NCBI GenBank assembly: GCA_964016885.1
Contig: OZ024745.1
Location: forward strand, 114,762,001 to 114,826,000
Direction of reading: 5' to 3'
Source: Eledone cirrhosa
Taxonomy: Eukaryota
DNA: 64,000 nt
Shown here: piece by piece, positions 1-13,239 of the stretch
Layout of the letters: each line of letters opens with the position of its first letter
Numbering within the stretch: the stretch's first letter is position 1
Position numbers and translations under genes: made by a program
Notes under the pieces: generated by a model
What the model saw: only the letters and a program-made list of their open reading frames with translations
Told to the model about the DNA's origin: nothing
The model's database searches: none

Positions 1-453
1 CCTCCATGACCCAGCACCTACTATCACTTCCTCCTTTCCCTTCCCAGAATGACAGCCCTCTCAGCAACATATAGCTGCCACTCAAGTGCACTGTGAATGT
101 GATGACACTGGTGCCATGATAAAATGCTTCCAGCCTACTCTATAAAGTGGTAGTGCTGGTGCCATGATAAACCCAGCCCATTCTGTGGAGTGGTTGATGC
201 AAGGAGGGGATCTGAACCACAGAAACCATTCCAAACTGAAACGAATGAGCAGGATGTGGTCATCTGACCTGTTAGTCACGGAATGGGAAAACCCATCTAA
301 CCAATGCCATCAAGGAAAATGAATGTAAAACGATAATGATGACTGACATTGATAAATATAATTATTTCTCATATACAAATTGAAAAAATATAAAATTAAG
401 TAAATTGATTCTTCATGCTAAACTTGATAAAAACAAATTAAATTGACACTTAC

Positions 454-613
454 TAGTCTTTTCTTCTTCTGATAATGTCTTTTTAGGGAAATCAACATCA
501 AATGTAATATAGAGGGCACCAAAAATATTATTATTTTCATAACTGGGCATTCCTTCATTATTTTTCCTCATCCGTGCCCCTGGTCGAGTTATTTTATCTC
601 TTTTGATGTGAAC
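454..613 (-). CDS. DNAJB11: DNAJB11 exon 9 (last exon lies beyond window start)
   Basis: [53 protein letters not shown]; AG acceptor, GTAAG donor, no stop reached. Confidence 0.95.
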
Positions 614-1656
614 CTTAAATAATAATAATAAAGCACATGAAAAGATGGAGAAGTATGAGCCACTGAAGGAGGTTTTACTGATTCCAGCTGTAATGCATAT
701 TGGACAGTTTTGAGAACTGTGTAAATAGAATCAGAATTGATGCAATGTTACAGATCAGCAATTCTTGATATAGAAAGGATTTCAGGAAAGCCTTGTCTAT
801 ATAAGACATAGGAGAGAATGCAGTGAGGGACCTTTGTCAAATGTTGTTAACTGCTCCCTAACTGAAATATCCAGATTGTTTAACATCCAAGTATCTGAGA
901 TATACTAAAATGAACCATAATAATAATAATAAAATAACATTAACAATGAATAAATAGTAGCAAGGTAAATAACTTTCTGATATGTAAAGTTAGTCAATAT
1001 TTTTAAAGGATTAATTAGAATATAATCAAAATAGTTAGTAAGTAAAATTGAACAAATTAATCTGTTCCTTATAAGTGTTTTCTTTAATGTTTAATGTTAC
1101 TAATACTCTTCTGAAATGTGGGTGGGTGGAAAGAAACTCCCTATTTAAAATTGTCAATAACTTTATTAATTATTGGTTGATTTTCATAAAATATGTTTTA
1201 TTTTGAACAGTATAATGGTAAAAGTATAGTAGTGTTAAAATTCAACATAGGCACCAGTGTTGTCCACCAGTCTTTGTAATCATCTAGGTATATCTTCAAC
1301 TGACTTCATCAGGAACTCAGGCAGTATGTTGGTTAGTACATGACAAATGTATTCCTCTAATTGAGTCAGAGTTTTTGGTTTTGAGCTATAAACTTCTTCC
1401 TTTGCCCACCACCACAGGAAAAAAATCACATGCCATTAAGTCAGGGCATCTTGCTGGCAATTAATGTGGACGTCGACGACTCAGCCAACATCCTGGAAAT
1501 TGCACATCAAGCCACTTATGGACAGTGTGTGCAAAATGAATATGAGGTCATTGATTTTGTCCTAAGTGGTCACAGTAGGCCAAAAGTTATTTTCAATATG
1601 GAGTTTCTTTCCACTCACCATATATAAAAGCAACAATTCCTATTCTTATTTGCTCT

Positions 1657-1897
1657 TAACCTTTTCATGACCATATTTCAAATGAAATACATTCAATTTC
1701 AATTGATTAATGAAGAATTTTGAGGGATCTACTAACATTATTATTTATTTTATTACTAAAATAATAAATTAACATATGGTTTTGATATATAAAATCATGT
1801 TGGAAAATTTTATTTTAAATAGGAACCCTTTGAAATAAGTGGTTTTATTTCATAGAACCAGTACTGGTTTTGAGCAGATGGTATCAAAAGAGTTTTA
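1657..1897. mobile_element. Degenerate TTAA-flanked MITE (piggyBac-like ends)
   Basis: TTAACCTTTTC...CAAAAGAGTTTTAA ends; related pieces near 13720-13900, 14275-14382 and 47036-47263. Confidence 0.5.
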
Positions 1898-2976
1898 ATC
1901 AGTAGAACCCATCATATATTGATGGATATTGGTATTGTCTTAGCAAAATTGTACATAGCTAGTCTAAGAAAATAGCTGTTGTTTTAGAGACTATAACAAA
2001 CTGGCTGTGTAAAATTTTACTATATTGTCATCAAAGAAAAAAATGTAGTCATTTGGCAATAGACAAAAATACAATTCGTATGAAATTTGAATGTACCTAA
2101 ATGCATTACTCCATTATAAGCTTAGCCATGATAACAAAAATTATCTAAAAAAGAAAAACCATTAAATAGAAAATAAAAAAGTATAAAACACTACCCTCAA
2201 ATCCTAATGATAAATCTCTTTCATTAGCTTACAACATTGATATCATCCTTAGAAGGTATTGAGGTGAGCAACAGGAAACCACTTTAGTGCACACACACAT
2301 ATATGGTTGGTGATAGAAAGGGGATCCAGCCATAGAAAGTTTGCCAAACAAAGAGTTGGGAAGAGCCTTCAGTTGTATCAGAACGTGAGGCTATACGTAA
2401 GTGAAATGCATTTAGTGATGATATATATAAGTGTGTGTGTGTGTGTGTACGCGTGTGAATAATGAATTACATGAATTTATTAATGATTTTATCCTAACTA
2501 AAAGTTGAAAAGAATACAGTTGTTGGACTCAAATGAAATATATTATTAGTATGTCAACCTTTGAAGACAGAAGAGTAAAGTTGTATTTCATATGAATTGA
2601 GATTTTTATAAAAATTAAGGAAATAAACTAAGCATATGGTCCAGTTTACACCAAATTCCTCATCCTACACAGATTTAATAGTGAAGCATGTGTTCAATAA
2701 GTAAACATCAACAATATAGAAAGGTCAATATCTAGGTTATTTATTGAATTATCGGTGGAAACATTTCACATCTTTCCCACCATTGTTATCTAACACAGAT
2801 AACTAAGTTAATGCAACAGCAATCTCTAATGAAAAGTTCATATTTCCTTTTATAATATCATGTGATGATGCTAAACAAATCAAGTAAAAATGTCATATGA
2901 ATTGCTGCTATTTAGTTTAATACTAAAATAACATCGCTTGAGAAAATTGTTGTTTTTTTAAAATTAATTTCTCTTT

Positions 2977-3769
2977 AAATATAAGTATGTATATATATAC
3001 ATACATGCACACATATATATATGTACGTATGGATTTACCGAACATTTATTATAATGCTCGGTTTGTTTGTAAATAAACATCCCAAATTAAGCCGTACAGT
3101 GTTTAGCAACCATCGTTGCCCTTTTGTTCAACACCGACAAATGAACAATGTACTAGCTTCAAGCTTATTAGCTATCGTCAGCACTGTATACCTTCCTGCC
3201 AGATGATTGAACATCTGAAAGTATATACTTGCCTTATGCATATTAACGGCTGAGCAGCCTAATTTGCATATCAAGTGAGTTAATCAGCCGGGCGCACCGA
3301 AAACGATAAATGGAAAAAAATGAAACGAAATTTCATTTCTCACTCTTAGTATGGCTTGTTTCTTAAATATAAGTATGTATACGTACATACATACATGTAT
3401 ACAGACGTACAGTAGTATGTATATTTATACATACATGCACACATATATATATGTACGTATGGATTTACCGAACATTTATTATAATGCTCGGTTTGTTTGT
3501 CAGTGTTGAACAAAAGGGCAACGATGGTTGCTAAACACTGTACGGCTTAATTTGGGATGTTTGTTTACAAACAAACCGAGCATTATAATAAATGTTTGGT
3601 AAATCCATACGTACATAGATATATGTGTGCATGTATGTGTATATATATATATATATATACATACTACTGTACGTCTGTATACATGTATGTATGTACGTAT
3701 ACATACTTATGTTTAAGAAACAGCCGTACTAAGAGTGAGAAATGAAATTTCGTTTCATTTTTTTCCATC
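2977..3769 (-). mobile_element. Non-coding tandem plus inverted insert (Penelope pLTR/retrozyme-like)
   Basis: Partial direct repeat followed by an inverted copy (3501-3768); 12-bp flanking duplication TAATTTCTCTTT at 2965-2976 and 3770-3781; contains a hammerhead-like motif. Confidence 0.75.
3146..3186 (-). ncRNA. Minimal type I hammerhead ribozyme-like motif
   Basis: Minus strand CAGTG-CTGACGA-T-AGCT-AATA-AGCT-T-GAAGC-TA-GTA-CATTG; stems I and II pair; one core deviation (GAAG for GAAA). Confidence 0.7.
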
Positions 3770-4363
3770 TAATTTCTCTTTGTTTTCCATCTAAATATTG
3801 GACACAATTGAAATGTAGTCAAATTTATTATCTTCAGTTTTATACACTTTAAAACCTTACATATATATACACACATACAGACATATAAGTGAGAGAGAAG
3901 AAGGGAGAATGTATACATTTTTCAATGATATATTTTATACCAATAATTTCATGATTGATCAATTTTGATTTTATATAAAAACCTATTTGGAATTGATTCT
4001 GGTAAACATTTGTCTGAATTTAAGTGGATAACCTATATACAGCAGGCATATAATTTAATACTGTATTCTATCTCAAACAACTGCACAATATTTAAATATA
4101 CCTGTTGTTTTAACAAACCATCATTACTTTTGATAACATGACCATAACCTTTTTAGTTGTTTAAGAACACACAAAAACTATTGTTCACTTTTCATTTATT
4201 TTTGAATGATACTGTCTACTATGAAATGTCAAAAAGTTTCATCATACTTCTGCAACTGCACCCCTGTCGTGCCAACTAAATACAATTCGGAATTTGCTTT
4301 TATTAAATTGTAACATAAGTATTTGTGTGATAGATAAAACATAAAGAGAATCTAATAACTTAC

Positions 4364-4475
4364 TTTGTGACCATCTAAATGGCTTATATCCATTTCAAAT
4401 CCTAATAAAGCATCTGTTAAACTTATTGTTACATTGGTATAAAGATCATCACCTCGTCTTTCAAATACGGAATGT
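4364..4475 (-). CDS. DNAJB11: DNAJB11 exon 8
   Basis: [37 protein letters not shown]; CAG acceptor, GTAAG donor. Confidence 0.96.
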
Positions 4476-4604
4476 CTGAAACAATCAATGAAGTTTAATG
4501 AGAGGAATTACATTGCAAATTTATAGAAACTAAATCATTGAAATAATCGTTTTGTGTTCATATTTTAAAACATCCAGGTCAATTTAGTACATTAACATTG
4601 ATAT

Positions 4605-4918
4605 TAGAGATCAGAGAGTCACTCCAGGTAGAGCTGCTACTCGCCAAATTGAGAGGTCACAGCTCTGATAATACAGGCTTGTGGTTAAAATGTTTCAGGA
4701 AAGAATCGTGAGACAGATTTTACAGGCATGGGACCAAGGGGTAGACCCCGATAAGATGGTTGGATAACATCCAGGAGCTTGGCTGATCTCGCTTGGTGAT
4801 CCAGCTGGATCAATTGGAGACAGTTGCTTCTAATAGAACCCATTGGAAGGAGGTTTTGAGGACTCTACCCCAACGACCCTCTCAAGAATAAGTGCGCAAA
4901 GAAGAAGAGAAGAAAAAG
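4605..4918 (+). mobile_element. 5'-truncated LINE 3' end with target-site duplication
   Basis: Ends in GAA-rich tail; flanked by AACATTGATAT at about 4594-4604 and 4919-4929; related fragment at about 57645-57742. Confidence 0.65.
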
Positions 4919-4989
4919 AACATTGATATATGACTATCAGTTATTAGTGGTCGTGTGAAATTTGAATGTACCTAAATGCATCACTACTG

Positions 4990-6155
4990 TTTATCATTGT
5001 CCTTCAGGCCATCACTGAGGAATTTAAAACTGGCACTCTATAGGAGCTTCTATATGCTGATGATCTTGTCCTCATAGCTGAATCCATGAGAGTTAAAAGC
5101 AAAATTTCAAGCATGAAAGAACCTAAAATTGAATGCCTAAAAGTAATCTTAGCAAAGACAAAAGTCTTAATAAATAGGAAAGGAGACAGGAGGTGATAAC
5201 ATCAAGGCAGTGGACTTGTTTGATATGTCAGAAAGGGTGGGCAGTAATTCCATAAGGTGTACACAGTGTAATTTATGGGGGGTCAAGAGATGTAATGGCA
5301 TTGCAGACAGGCTAAGAGAAAAGATAGACTTTGTATGTGACAGATGTGCAGAAGTAAGCACTAAGAGCACACACATTGCCAGAGAGACTCCTTAGAATTA
5401 GCTGACAGCTTTTGTTAGCTAAATGATCAAATTAGCAGTGGGGGAGGATGCATTGAAAGTGTGATAGCTAGGATAAGACCAGGCTGCAAGAAGTTTAGAG
5501 AGCTGTTACCATTGCTAACAACAAAGGGCTTTTCTCTCAGAGTGAAGGGTTGACTGTATGATGCCTGTGTGTGAACTGCAATGCTACGTGAAACATGGGC
5601 TTTGACTGCAGAAGACCTGTAGAGGCTACAAAAAAAATGAATTGAGTATGCTCTGGTGGATGTATAAGGTTAGTGTGCATGAGTGACGGCATAAGCAAAC
5701 TGGGGAAAAAACTTGGCACAATAGGAATTGAATGAAGTGTGCAAGAGAGAAGACTGTGTTAGTGTAGACATATGATGCATATGGAAGATAGTCTAAAGTC
5801 TAAAGCCTGTCTTGAACCCAGAGGCTCATCAGACCGGTGTTTATCCCAGTTTCCATGGTGTGAAGCGACTGAGAGTATAAGACTTCCTCCTGGATAGGAC
5901 ACCAGTCCATTGCATGAAGGTCAGTTATTCCTGCAAGAAAAAGTCAATCAAACATGAGTGAAGAAGAGCCAAGAGATCCAAGTGGAAGGGGCTTAAATAG
6001 AGGAAGAACAAGGACGACCTGAGTAGAAGTGATGAAAGCTGCTGAATCTCACAGAAGAGATGCCAAAGGAACTCAACAAGTGGAGAGAGGTTGAGATGGA
6101 AAATACCAGTTCATCCCATGCATGAAATAGCAGACATAAAATGAGGAAGATGATG
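4990..6155 (+). mobile_element. Decayed RTE-clade LINE (RT C-terminus and 3' end)
   Basis: ELLYADDLVLIAES RT motif near 5043; Cys-rich segment; interrupted by a short repeat at about 5790-5915; degenerate tail. Confidence 0.85.
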
Positions 6156-6470
6156 TTTGTACATTACCCTATGTACTATACATACACTTTTGATGAGTTG
6201 TAGTGCACCTGAGCACTGTACACAATATTTTCATTATTATTATTATTATGTATAACAAGCCCAGTTTACAACACTTCACTACATGTCAGAATAAGCAGTG
6301 TGGTGCTCAACTAGAGTGGCACCCTAACGACTGGCTTCACCAGTTGCAGGAACATGACTTAACTAGACAGAGATATGACCAACTATCTACATGCTAAATG
6401 TCTGCTTGATCACATCTACACAACACACAACATACTAATTGAAACAAGTAACAAAAATAATTTCTCTTAC

Positions 6471-6528
6471 TTTGCTTGCTTTATAATAAATTTGAGATCA
6501 CCAGGTTCTCCATCTATGTGTGGTTCAC
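6471..6528 (-). CDS. DNAJB11: DNAJB11 exon 7
   Basis: EPHIDGEPGDLKFIIKQAK; CAG acceptor, GTAAG donor. Confidence 0.95.
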
Positions 6529-7153
6529 CTGGAAGAAAAGTATAATATAAAATGATGAACAATTTGTAAATTTGGTTCTAAAGGTAAAACTAAAATGCAT
6601 TTTATCCATACTTATATATAAATTTAGTTCTTAAAGTTTTTTTATGGCCTACTTGTTAAAATGATAATGATGATCAAAAGACTATAATATATAACATGTA
6701 GGAATTCAGATATTAATAAGTTATTGTTTAGTTCCAAACCAACCCTAACTGAGTAGATCTATGATCAAAGGAATTCCAGCCATGATTTATATTGTTCTTC
6801 TCTCGAGCATTAGGACTACACTGCCCAATATGTTCCTCCTTTTTCAAAATGGTATGGTTTCATTTGAAGGATATTTAGCTCCATTATTGACTGAGACATT
6901 GATATGTTTTTCTCCTATGCATCAACTTTTCCATTTAATTAAATTCAATTTTGATTGAAACTTCTTAAATTTCGATTTAAAAAAAGCACAAATTGAATTT
7001 TAATAATCTATTAAAGGAAAGTATTCTGGTGGGAGTTGCTCACGCCTAAAGTTTTCCCCATCTAGGTGAAACTATCCAACTTCAGAAAGATTCTTACACT
7101 TTATTACATTAATAGTTCTTTAAATGAATCAATATTAAAAAACAAAAATCTAC

Positions 7154-7236
7154 CTTCAGCAATAAATGGATGTTCCTGACCATCACGCATACCAGATTCA
7201 ATTTCAACTTCTAATAATTTTTCTTCTGGAACAAAT
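7154..7236 (-). CDS. DNAJB11: DNAJB11 exon 6
   Basis: FVPEEKLLEVEIESGMRDGQEHPFIAEG; TAG acceptor, GT donor. Confidence 0.95.
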
Positions 7237-7720
7237 CTACATAAAAAAAATCAAATAAAAAAGCTTTGACAAACAGTTACAAATTGACAGAATGAAAATT
7301 TAGTCCAATAGAGGTGTATTTAGAAGCAAAACTTCAAGGTCAGATAAGCTAACACAAGTATCTTAAGGCCATTTCCTCTACTGAAGCAGGAGTTAGCTTT
7401 CATAGGATACATAACTCATCATAAGGTCCTTTTTAAGGCAATGTTTTACAGCTACATGGTGACACGACAAAAAGCACCCAGTTAACCCTGTAAAGTGGTC
7501 GTGTTGGTACCACGATAAAAAATACCCAGTCCCTGCTGTGAATGCGATTAGCATTAGGAAGGGTACCCAGCCATAGAAACCAAGCCAGAAATAGTTCTGT
7601 ATGAGCAAGTCACAATCACCTGATTGAACTTGTCTCATAATGGACAACTTGTCTAACTCATGTTAGCGTGGAAAAATGGATGTTAAACAGTGATGGTGAT
7701 AATGATGATGCATATATATA

Positions 7721-9435
7721 TCATCACTGTTTTACATCCGTTCTTCCACGCTAGCATGGGTTAGACGGATTGTCCTGTTGTGGGCAGTGTCTGGTCTTGC
7801 TCATACGGGAACTGATTCTGGCTTGATTTCTACAGCTGGATGCCCTTCCTAACACCAACCTCAGTGAGTGCTGGGAGCTTTTTTTCTGTGGCGCCTACAC
7901 ATCCACTTTACAGTGTGGGCTGGGTGCTTTTTTGCCGTGGTACCTCCACAACCACTTTGCATTGGGAGGGGGTGGGAGCATTTTGTCTATATGCTTCAGC
8001 TTCGGCCTGTACCCATGGGAAGTCGGGTCTTCTGTATTACTGCGTGACGCCAGAGGTCACGGTCGTGTGTCATCACCTTTGAGAGGTGCAGTTGGGTAAG
8101 GTCGGCTTTTATCAACTCATCCCAGGTCTCCTTGGGTCTCCCCACTTTGTGGCTTCCATCGACTTCTAGTGCTCTGCACCTTTTTATGCAGCTGTCATCC
8201 TTCATATGCATCACATGTCCATACCAACGCAACCGCCTCTCCTGCACACAGCATTTGATTCTTCTTATGCTCAGTGTCTCTCTCTCAATTCGTTTATGCT
8301 TTGCCATTTGCGTATATTACTATTACACATCCATCAGAGCATGCAGACTTCGTTTCTTTCTAATCTACGCAAGTCTTCTTCAGACAGCGCCCAGGTCTCA
8401 ATACCATGTAACATTGCTGTTCATATACACGCATCATACAGTCTGCCTTTCATTTTGAGGGAAAAGCCTTTTGCAGCTAGCAGTGGCAGTAGTTCCCTGA
8501 ACTTCTTTCAACCCGTTCTTACCCTAGTTATTGTACTTTCCGAACATCCACCTCCGCTGCTAATTTGGTCACCTAGGTAGCAGAAGCTGTCTACTGTTTC
8601 TACAGAGGCCTCCCAGAGTTTGGTGGTGCTGGTTTCCCATGGCCGTTTGCTGTCCCAGCGCAGCTGCTACATGTGAAGCCTACATTTTTAGTTAAGCTTC
8701 CTGAGATCCCACTACAACTCTTGTGTACCCATTGTTTACATTTGGGGCAGAGGATGGAGTTCCTACCCACACATTTCTTACATACTTAGCAAGGCCATTT
8801 CCCTGAGGGGATCTGAGTTCTGTTTTCTTGTCTACTTACGAGGACCATAGTCTTTGTCAGATTGACTTTGAGACCCTTTCTTTCTAGTCCCTGCTTCCAT
8901 GTTTGGAATTTCTTCTCTAGTTCCACCATAGATTCAGCTACAAGTGTGAGATCATCTGCATATAGGAGTTCCCATGGGCATCCGGTCTTAAACTCCTCCG
9001 TTATTGCTTGCAATACTATAATGAACAGGAGAGGGCTAAGAACAGAGCCCTAGTGGACACCGACCTGTATGCTAAATTCCTCAATAGTCATTGCTAACCC
9101 TAACTTTGCTGACTGCTCCCCTATACATGGCTTGTACAGCAGGTGCAAACCGAAGCTGAAGCATATAGACAATATGCCCCCACCCTCTCCCACTGCAAAA
9201 AAGCACCCAGCCCACACTGTAAAGTTGACGTGTAGGCACCACGGAAAAAAAGGTCCCAGCACTCACTGTAAATGAGGTTAGTATTAGGAAGGGCATCCAG
9301 CTGTAGAAATAAAGCCAGAATCAGTTCCCGTATGAGCAAGACAAGATCAGCCGACTGGACACTGCCCACAACAGGACAACCCATCTAACCCATGTTAGCG
9401 TGGAAGAACGGGCGTAAAACGGTGATGATGATGAT
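7721..9435 (-). mobile_element. RTE LINE fragment bracketed by inverted copies of its 3' UTR
   Basis: QAITEEFKTGCPWELLYADDL and RRLRWYGHVMHM...GRPKETW ORF pieces; 7721-8008 is the reverse complement of about 9141-9435. Confidence 0.9.
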
Positions 9436-10754
9436 ATATATAAACCATTTGAAAAGCCAATTGGAATGTATGAGCAGGACCTGGTCATTTGGCCTGTCTG
9501 GGCTGAGAACACAACTTGTCCAACCCATGCCAGCATGGAAAACAGACGGAAAAAGGTGGTGGTGATGATGATGATATGTGTATGAGTGTGTGATAAATAG
9601 TTCTATAAGGTACTTCACTCCAGATTCTACATGTTTACATAGATGGGAGAAAAATCCTGTATTGGTGATTAGTTAATTATCTCCTCTAACATTTGTAAAG
9701 AATCTCCATCTTCATGAAATATGGTGTGAAGAATTAAGTGCTTTGTAGAAGTATAAACTTATGACAGTAGTCAAAACATTATCCACTTGTCAAATTTGGG
9801 CCTCACACAAAAATACATACGTAAGGAATGAGAGCAAAGAGTCATAGAGTCAAAACAATGAAGAATGGAAAGTATAGGCCATTATGTTGCTACTTGAACT
9901 GCTAGAAACAGAAATAGCTAAAATGTCTTCTAGATCTCATCCAACTTCCTGATAGAAAAACTGTAGCAGCAATTTGAACTCTTGTGCTGATGTTGGCAAA
10001 GTAGGTTAGTGTGACCACATGCTGACCTTGTAGTACATAGATGTTAAATTTTCCTTTGTTTCAAATTATTGTCAGTTTGTCTGGAGGAAAGCATCCCACT
10101 AGAGTCATTTACTGATTATCAAAGATAAGACTTTCTTGACAACATTTAGCTCTTGTCTATCAAAGGAAACACATCACATACAATTTGTTTCAGCAAGTAT
10201 GGAGATGTAGCACTTAGCCAAGCATGCCACCTCTCTTGACAAGGGCCAAACAGCAATTCTCCCATTGGCACTTCAACAAGGTTCTGTCCACACACATCTG
10301 TAAATGTCATCTTTCGAATTGTTGCACACACACACACACATACATACAACACAGCCTTGTTTTCATATATTATCATCAATAGCCTCGCAGTAGGTTATTA
10401 AGTTAATAAATATATTTAAGTAACAATTTGGGTTTTATTTCATTACCTATGTGATCAGAGTAAATCATTTACCCAAGGAATCGTTACATCATCATAATGA
10501 ACACTGTAGTTCATTTACACAGCTGCAATCTCTGGTCACACACACACTGGCACATCTATCTTCTTTCGTCTACACAATGTGACCACATCACAAAGCAATC
10601 CACAAGTGAACAACGAACAACAGTACCAACTAACATCGCCAACTCATCACCTACTACATCCAAAATAATATCTATCACTACACAACTGTATAATTCACTC
10701 ATGAATTAACTGAACAAGGAATGACTTGGGAATTAAACAAGAACAGCAACCTAC

Positions 10755-10897
10755 TTGATATTGGGACATTCATCACATACATGCTGCTGTACCATCTGGA
10801 AGCGACCAGGCCCTAACTGTGTTGTAACCATTTCCATGCGACAGTTGCATTGGCGCTTCCCTTTAGCAGGTTTGGCAACTGGTTTGTATCTGATTAT
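10755..10897 (-). CDS. DNAJB11: DNAJB11 exon 5 (Cys-rich domain)
   Basis: [48 protein letters not shown], the ERdj3 CxC...CxxC signature. Confidence 0.97.
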
Positions 10898-10999
10898 CTG
10901 AAATATAAAAGGGAAAAAAGGATGAAAAAGCACAGATAGATACATTTTCAGATATCAACAAATTTATCAGATATTTGCTAATAACCAAGAAGCAACAAC

Positions 11000-11315
11000 A
11001 GTTCACCCTGTAGTGTGGTCATGTTAGTGACACAACCAAAAGCACCCAGTCCACCCTGTAAGGTGGTTGTACTGGTGACATGACATAAAAGCACCCAGAC
11101 CACCCTGTTAGGTGGTCAATTTGGTGCTACAATAAAAAGCACCCAGTCCACATGGTAACGTGGTTGGCATTAGGAAGACCATCCAAACATAGAAACCAAG
11201 CCAAAATACAAATTCATATGAGCAAGATGCAGTGACTTGACCTAACTTGTTGTGACAACCTGTCTAACCCATGCAAGAATGGAAAAATAAACGTCAAACA
11301 ATAATGATGATGACA
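11000..11315 (+). mobile_element. SINE/RTE-tail element with internal ~48-bp tandem units
   Basis: Repeated AAAAGCACCCAGTCCACCCTGTAA units, then the common ...CCCATGC..GGAAAA..GACGTTAAA(TGA)n tail; other copies near 7440-7710, 14410-14600, 18218-18540, 22390-22826, 25752-25995. Confidence 0.8.
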
Positions 11316-11497
11316 TATATATATATATAGACAGTTCAAGATTAAACCAATCTTAAATAGAGAAATAGAAATAGGATGGGAGAGATTGGTGACGGTGTTA
11401 GAAGCCAAAGCTTAAAAGCGGCTGCTTGATGTGCAATATGCAGTGGAAAGCAGTTGGAAAGCTGGATTCATGCTGAGGTTAGGTGTACAGAGCTGGA

Positions 11498-12047
11498 AAT
11501 ATTCAGTAGTTAAGCGAATCAAGACCACAAATTCACATAGAAGACATTAGTCACAGAGTATCAACATTAAGTGCAGTTTAATATAGAAAGGAGATAAGAT
11601 AACTTTCCTACAAGAAGCCATTTTGGTATGTGATAGGCAGCAGTGTTTACCTTCAGCCTCGACAGATATCTAATGTTTATTTATACCATACACCTGAAAT
11701 TCTCCAGTGCCATCTAGGGAGTTGCTAATCTGAGGATTCTTTACGGACACGTAACCCTCCCATTTTATTTTTATTTCTGCTTTATATATAGTAATGATCT
11801 CATTATCTCTCCCTAAGTTCCGAAGATCTGCTCCATAATATTATTCTATGTTACTTATATTTCTCTGCACCAAATCAATAACTTTCTTACCATTGATTGA
11901 TCCAGAAACATTATATGGAGAAGTGAAACAATTGTAAACTGACATTACTATCTCCTTTCTATATTAAACTGCACTTAATGTTGATACTCTGTGACTAATG
12001 TCTTCTATGTGAATTTGTGGTCTTGATTTGCTTAACTACTGAATATA
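11498..12047 (+). mobile_element. Non-coding insert with ~100-bp terminal inverted repeats and internal hammerhead-like motif
   Basis: 11498-11597 is the reverse complement of about 11949-12047. Confidence 0.75.
11816..11940 (+). ncRNA. Type I hammerhead-like motif with long stem II and CCGAAGA core
   Basis: AGTT-CCGAAGA-T-CTGCTCCATA...TATGGAGAAG-T-GAAAC-AATT-GTA-AACT. Confidence 0.6.
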
Positions 12048-12479
12048 TATAAATAATGTATGTGTGTATATATACACATACACACACACATATATATATG
12101 TGTGTGTATATATTACATTTTGCATTTACCAAATTCACTCACAAGGCATTGATTGACACAAGACTTATAGTAGAAGATAGATGGTCAAAGTACCATGGAA
12201 TGGGAGTGAATCTGGAACCATATAATTACAAATTGAACTTAACTACACAACCACATCTATGTATGTCGAAAATATAAAAAAATGTTTTATCTCTGGAGAT
12301 AAGGTTAATAATTAAAAATATTCTAATCATATTAAGTTGAGTATCAAATTACATTTTCATAAAATACCAGTTATAATGGTATTTTATTTTGTAGATGGAA
12401 TCATATTTAATATTTCTACTATCAGTTTGCTAATGAAGCTCAAACTTACAAGTCCTTGGTGACTTTGGTCCTCAGAAGA

Positions 12480-13055
12480 TTGCTACACATCCTGTACAAG
12501 AAGCATAAAACAAACAGCTTTGTCAAGTAGCAAGTCGACAAATATGCTGGCAGACAGGAACCACTCCTTGCGATGGAAAAAACATGGAAGCTTGCCTGGT
12601 ATGGTATCCCACCACAACTCCCTGTTTAAAGCCATTCTGCAGGGCACAGTCAAAGGAGAGTGAAGGTTCCTTCAAAAGCATCTAGAGTGGCACCCCAATG
12701 ACTGGCTGCATCAGTTGCGGGAACATGATTGATTGACCATTTAAATATTCGTTAGGTCAGGTTCCTACCAGCTACTGTAACCCATGACAACCTGCTTCAG
12801 GGTCAAGTGGTCGGCAACTTAACTGGCTTCTGCACCAGACCCTGGTCTATTGAGGAGAGTTTGTGGAACCCCAGCAGTACAAATAAAGGAGTTGTAAAAA
12901 GGGCAACTGTGGTTTAAATAGCCATAACAACCTGCAATTAACCAAGGGTGGTGAGTACGGCTACACTCCTGACATGACCAAAACCAAACAGGAAGCAGTT
13001 GAGGTCAACCAGGAAGGGCTTCCTCCATTAGGAGTGAGAAGACCCTGGATTGGAT
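12480..13055 (+). mobile_element. LINE-derived fragments
   Basis: Shares CTAGAGTGGCACCC...GACTGGCT...CAGTTGC.GGAACATGA with 6310-6360; 12760-13055 is similar to 59090-59362. Confidence 0.55.
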
Positions 13056-13239
13056 TGAACTATTTAAATATGCTTGAAGCATATTCAAATTGGCAGCAAA
13101 ATCTTTAAAATATTAAACAAGATTCCACAAACAGAATTTGTTTATACTAATGCAGATTGCCATTACATAGAATTTTATTAATCCTTATACAGATTTTAGT
13201 CGGTTGTAAAAATGAGAGAAATTAAAGTATGAATGTTAC

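Noticed and set aside
1295-1320. CTGATGA on the minus strand (also near 59868 and 51370)
   Set aside because: No downstream GAAA plus cleavage triplet or paired stems
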